Below are positions 62,254-64,000 of a stretch of 64,000 bases of DNA, piece by piece (within the stretch, counting starts at the first letter, position 1; every line of letters begins with the position of its first letter). Position numbers and translations under genes: made by a program. The stretch is from Chiloscyllium plagiosum (Eukaryota), in assembly GCF_004010195.1 (NCBI RefSeq), contig NC_057749.1, positions 26,138,902 to 26,202,901 on the forward strand, given 5' to 3'. The notes beneath the pieces were generated by a model. The model was not told where the DNA came from and made no database searches. It saw only the letters and a program-made list of their open reading frames with translations.

Positions 62254-62878
62254 TGTGAAAATACTGTGGCTTTAAGAGGTGTATTTTGTCCTGGTTCTTT
62301 TTTGAAGACTGATTTTAAGGCAGAAGTAAATGGTAGTCCACCAGAGCCAGTAAACAGCGGGCGAGGTCTTGGTTTTTTTTAAAAGTTGAAACAATAGAAG
62401 CAGCCTGAATGGGTGTGGTCACACTCTCAGATCCAGCATTTTCAGTTTTTTTTCATTTTTCAATAGCAGCAGTAATTGCTGGGGTTTCAGCAGGGATGGA
62501 AGCTTCAATAAGTCTCTCGCAGCTGCTATTCTCTCAGAATTTTCTCTTAATGTTTGTTTCCCCCCAGGCATATTGCATGAGAGATAATCTGTTTGTGATT
62601 TGCCCTTGTCAAGGTTGTGTTTATGGGATGTTACTATACTGGAACAGTTATTAGTAATACTTACTGCATCTATTATCCTGTTAAGTTTCCCAACAGAGTT
62701 CTTCTAATTCCTTCTTTCTTTTGTTGTATTTTAAATATAGTAGAAAAGTATTATGCTTTAAATTCAGTAGTTTAATCAATCGAATTGCATCTGGAATGCA
62801 ACACCTTTAAATTAAAAAGTAGTTATGGCCTAGACTATCTTTTGAATATTTTGAGACCATTTGGTCTGTTTCATAACA
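62254..62878 (+). mobile_element. Probable solo LTR
   Basis: Begins TGTGAAA and ends TTCATAACA; flanks gtag/ctag form an imperfect 4-bp TSD; non-coding. Confidence 0.45.
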
Positions 62879-63073
62879 CTAGGTTATTGGGCAGTAAAAA
62901 GAAAGATTTTTAAAGGAGGAAATTGCAGAGCAAATGGTCTAGACTATGAAAACAACACAATCACCTGTAGTGTGTGGAAAATCAGGACTGTCAAGAAGCC
63001 ATAACCAGAACCAATGTTGAGGAAGAAAATTATATTTGATTCATATTGTTTCTGTATATTATCTGTTTGTATA

Positions 63074-63091
63074 TAGCACCATCTAGTGCTT
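63074..63091 (-). promoter_or_regulatory. Candidate CTCF-binding motif
   Basis: The minus strand reads AGCACTAGATGGTGCTA, close to the CCAC[CT]AG[AG][GT]GGCGC consensus. Motif evidence only. Confidence 0.4.
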
Positions 63092-63318
63092 ACTTCTTGG
63101 ATGGCGATTCAACAAAGCAGACAGCTAGCCCAGTCCTGGCTCAATAACCTTAGGAGACAAAATAAAACAATCACCACTGCCCTCCCTTACAGAACTTCAT
63201 TCCATCCTCAAGTTCCAATCTGACACAAACCTTTGACAAAATCCTCAATGCAACATACAGAAAAACATCACCACCCGCAATGCTCATTGACTTTACCTCT
63301 AGGTAATGAAAACAAAAA

Positions 63319-63399
63319 CTGAAAATGTGTTGCTGGAAAAGCACAACAGGTCACATTTTCAGCTCTGATCTCCAGCATCTGCAGCCCTCACTTTCTCTC
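63319..63399 (+). mobile_element. 81-bp PLE-end insertion with an inverted 5' segment and a 14-bp TSD
   Basis: TSD aatgaaaacaaaaa at 63305-63318 and 63400-63413. Same family as 26773-26971. Confidence 0.9.
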
Positions 63400-64000
63400 A
63401 ATGAAAACAAAAAGCTTTATTTTCATAGGGGCTGACCTAACCTTAGGACATCCCAAAATGTTTTACAGACAATGAAGTCCTTTTTAAAGTGTAGTCACCG
63501 TTGTTACAAGGAAATGTGATAGTTGGTGCGAAGCAAACACGCAGGAGCAGCAATGTTAAAGTGACCACGAAATCTCTTTCAGTCATGTTGATTGAGGGGT
63601 AAAAACTGGCCAGGATATCAAAGAAAACTCTTCGGTTTGTCTTAAAACGTCAATTGATCTTTTGCATCTAACTGTATATTTTCTTTTGTTAATTCTTTCA
63701 TGGATTGGGATGATCACTGGTAAGACAAGCATCTATTACCCATCCCTGATTGCCTTTGAACGGAGGGGCTTGCTAGGATAATGCAGAGGCTAGCTGTGAA
63801 TCTAAATTGTACCATTTGTGGTGATGGGACGTCAAGCCATGCCTCGACAGTATCGACCAAGGCCTCCGGATTATTAGTCTAGTGATATTATCATTCCACC
63901 AATGCCATTCCTAAGATAAAATCACCAGGCACAAAAGTCTATTGACTGATAGTAAAACAAATTTCTAATCTGAAGATAAGCAAATAATTGCATGGAAATC

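Overview
AT-rich, repeat-dense vertebrate genomic DNA. The repeat families (HE1-type V-SINEs, CR1/HER1-type LINEs, Deu-domain SINEs) point to a shark or other elasmobranch; this is an inference. There are four N-gaps. The only host gene found is PPCDC (phosphopantothenoylcysteine decarboxylase, CoA biosynthesis) on the minus strand, with three internal coding exons (96, 129 and 169 nt) and canonical GT-AG sites. Its first and last coding exons were not found in the window. The rest is mostly decayed and nested retroelements: CR1 LINEs, an older CR1/L2-like LINE, SINEs, and many Penelope-like elements (PLEs). The most striking signal is a set of short (81-220 bp) non-coding PLE-end insertions. 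Several are hairpins, four have 12-14 bp target-site duplications (TSDs), and most carry an intact, truncated or decayed minimal type I hammerhead ribozyme motif. There is also a ~1 kb-arm inverted PLE and a pair of near-identical inverted SINEs bracketing a PPCDC exon. No database search was run, so family names come from motif recognition and decayed-repeat boundaries are approximate.
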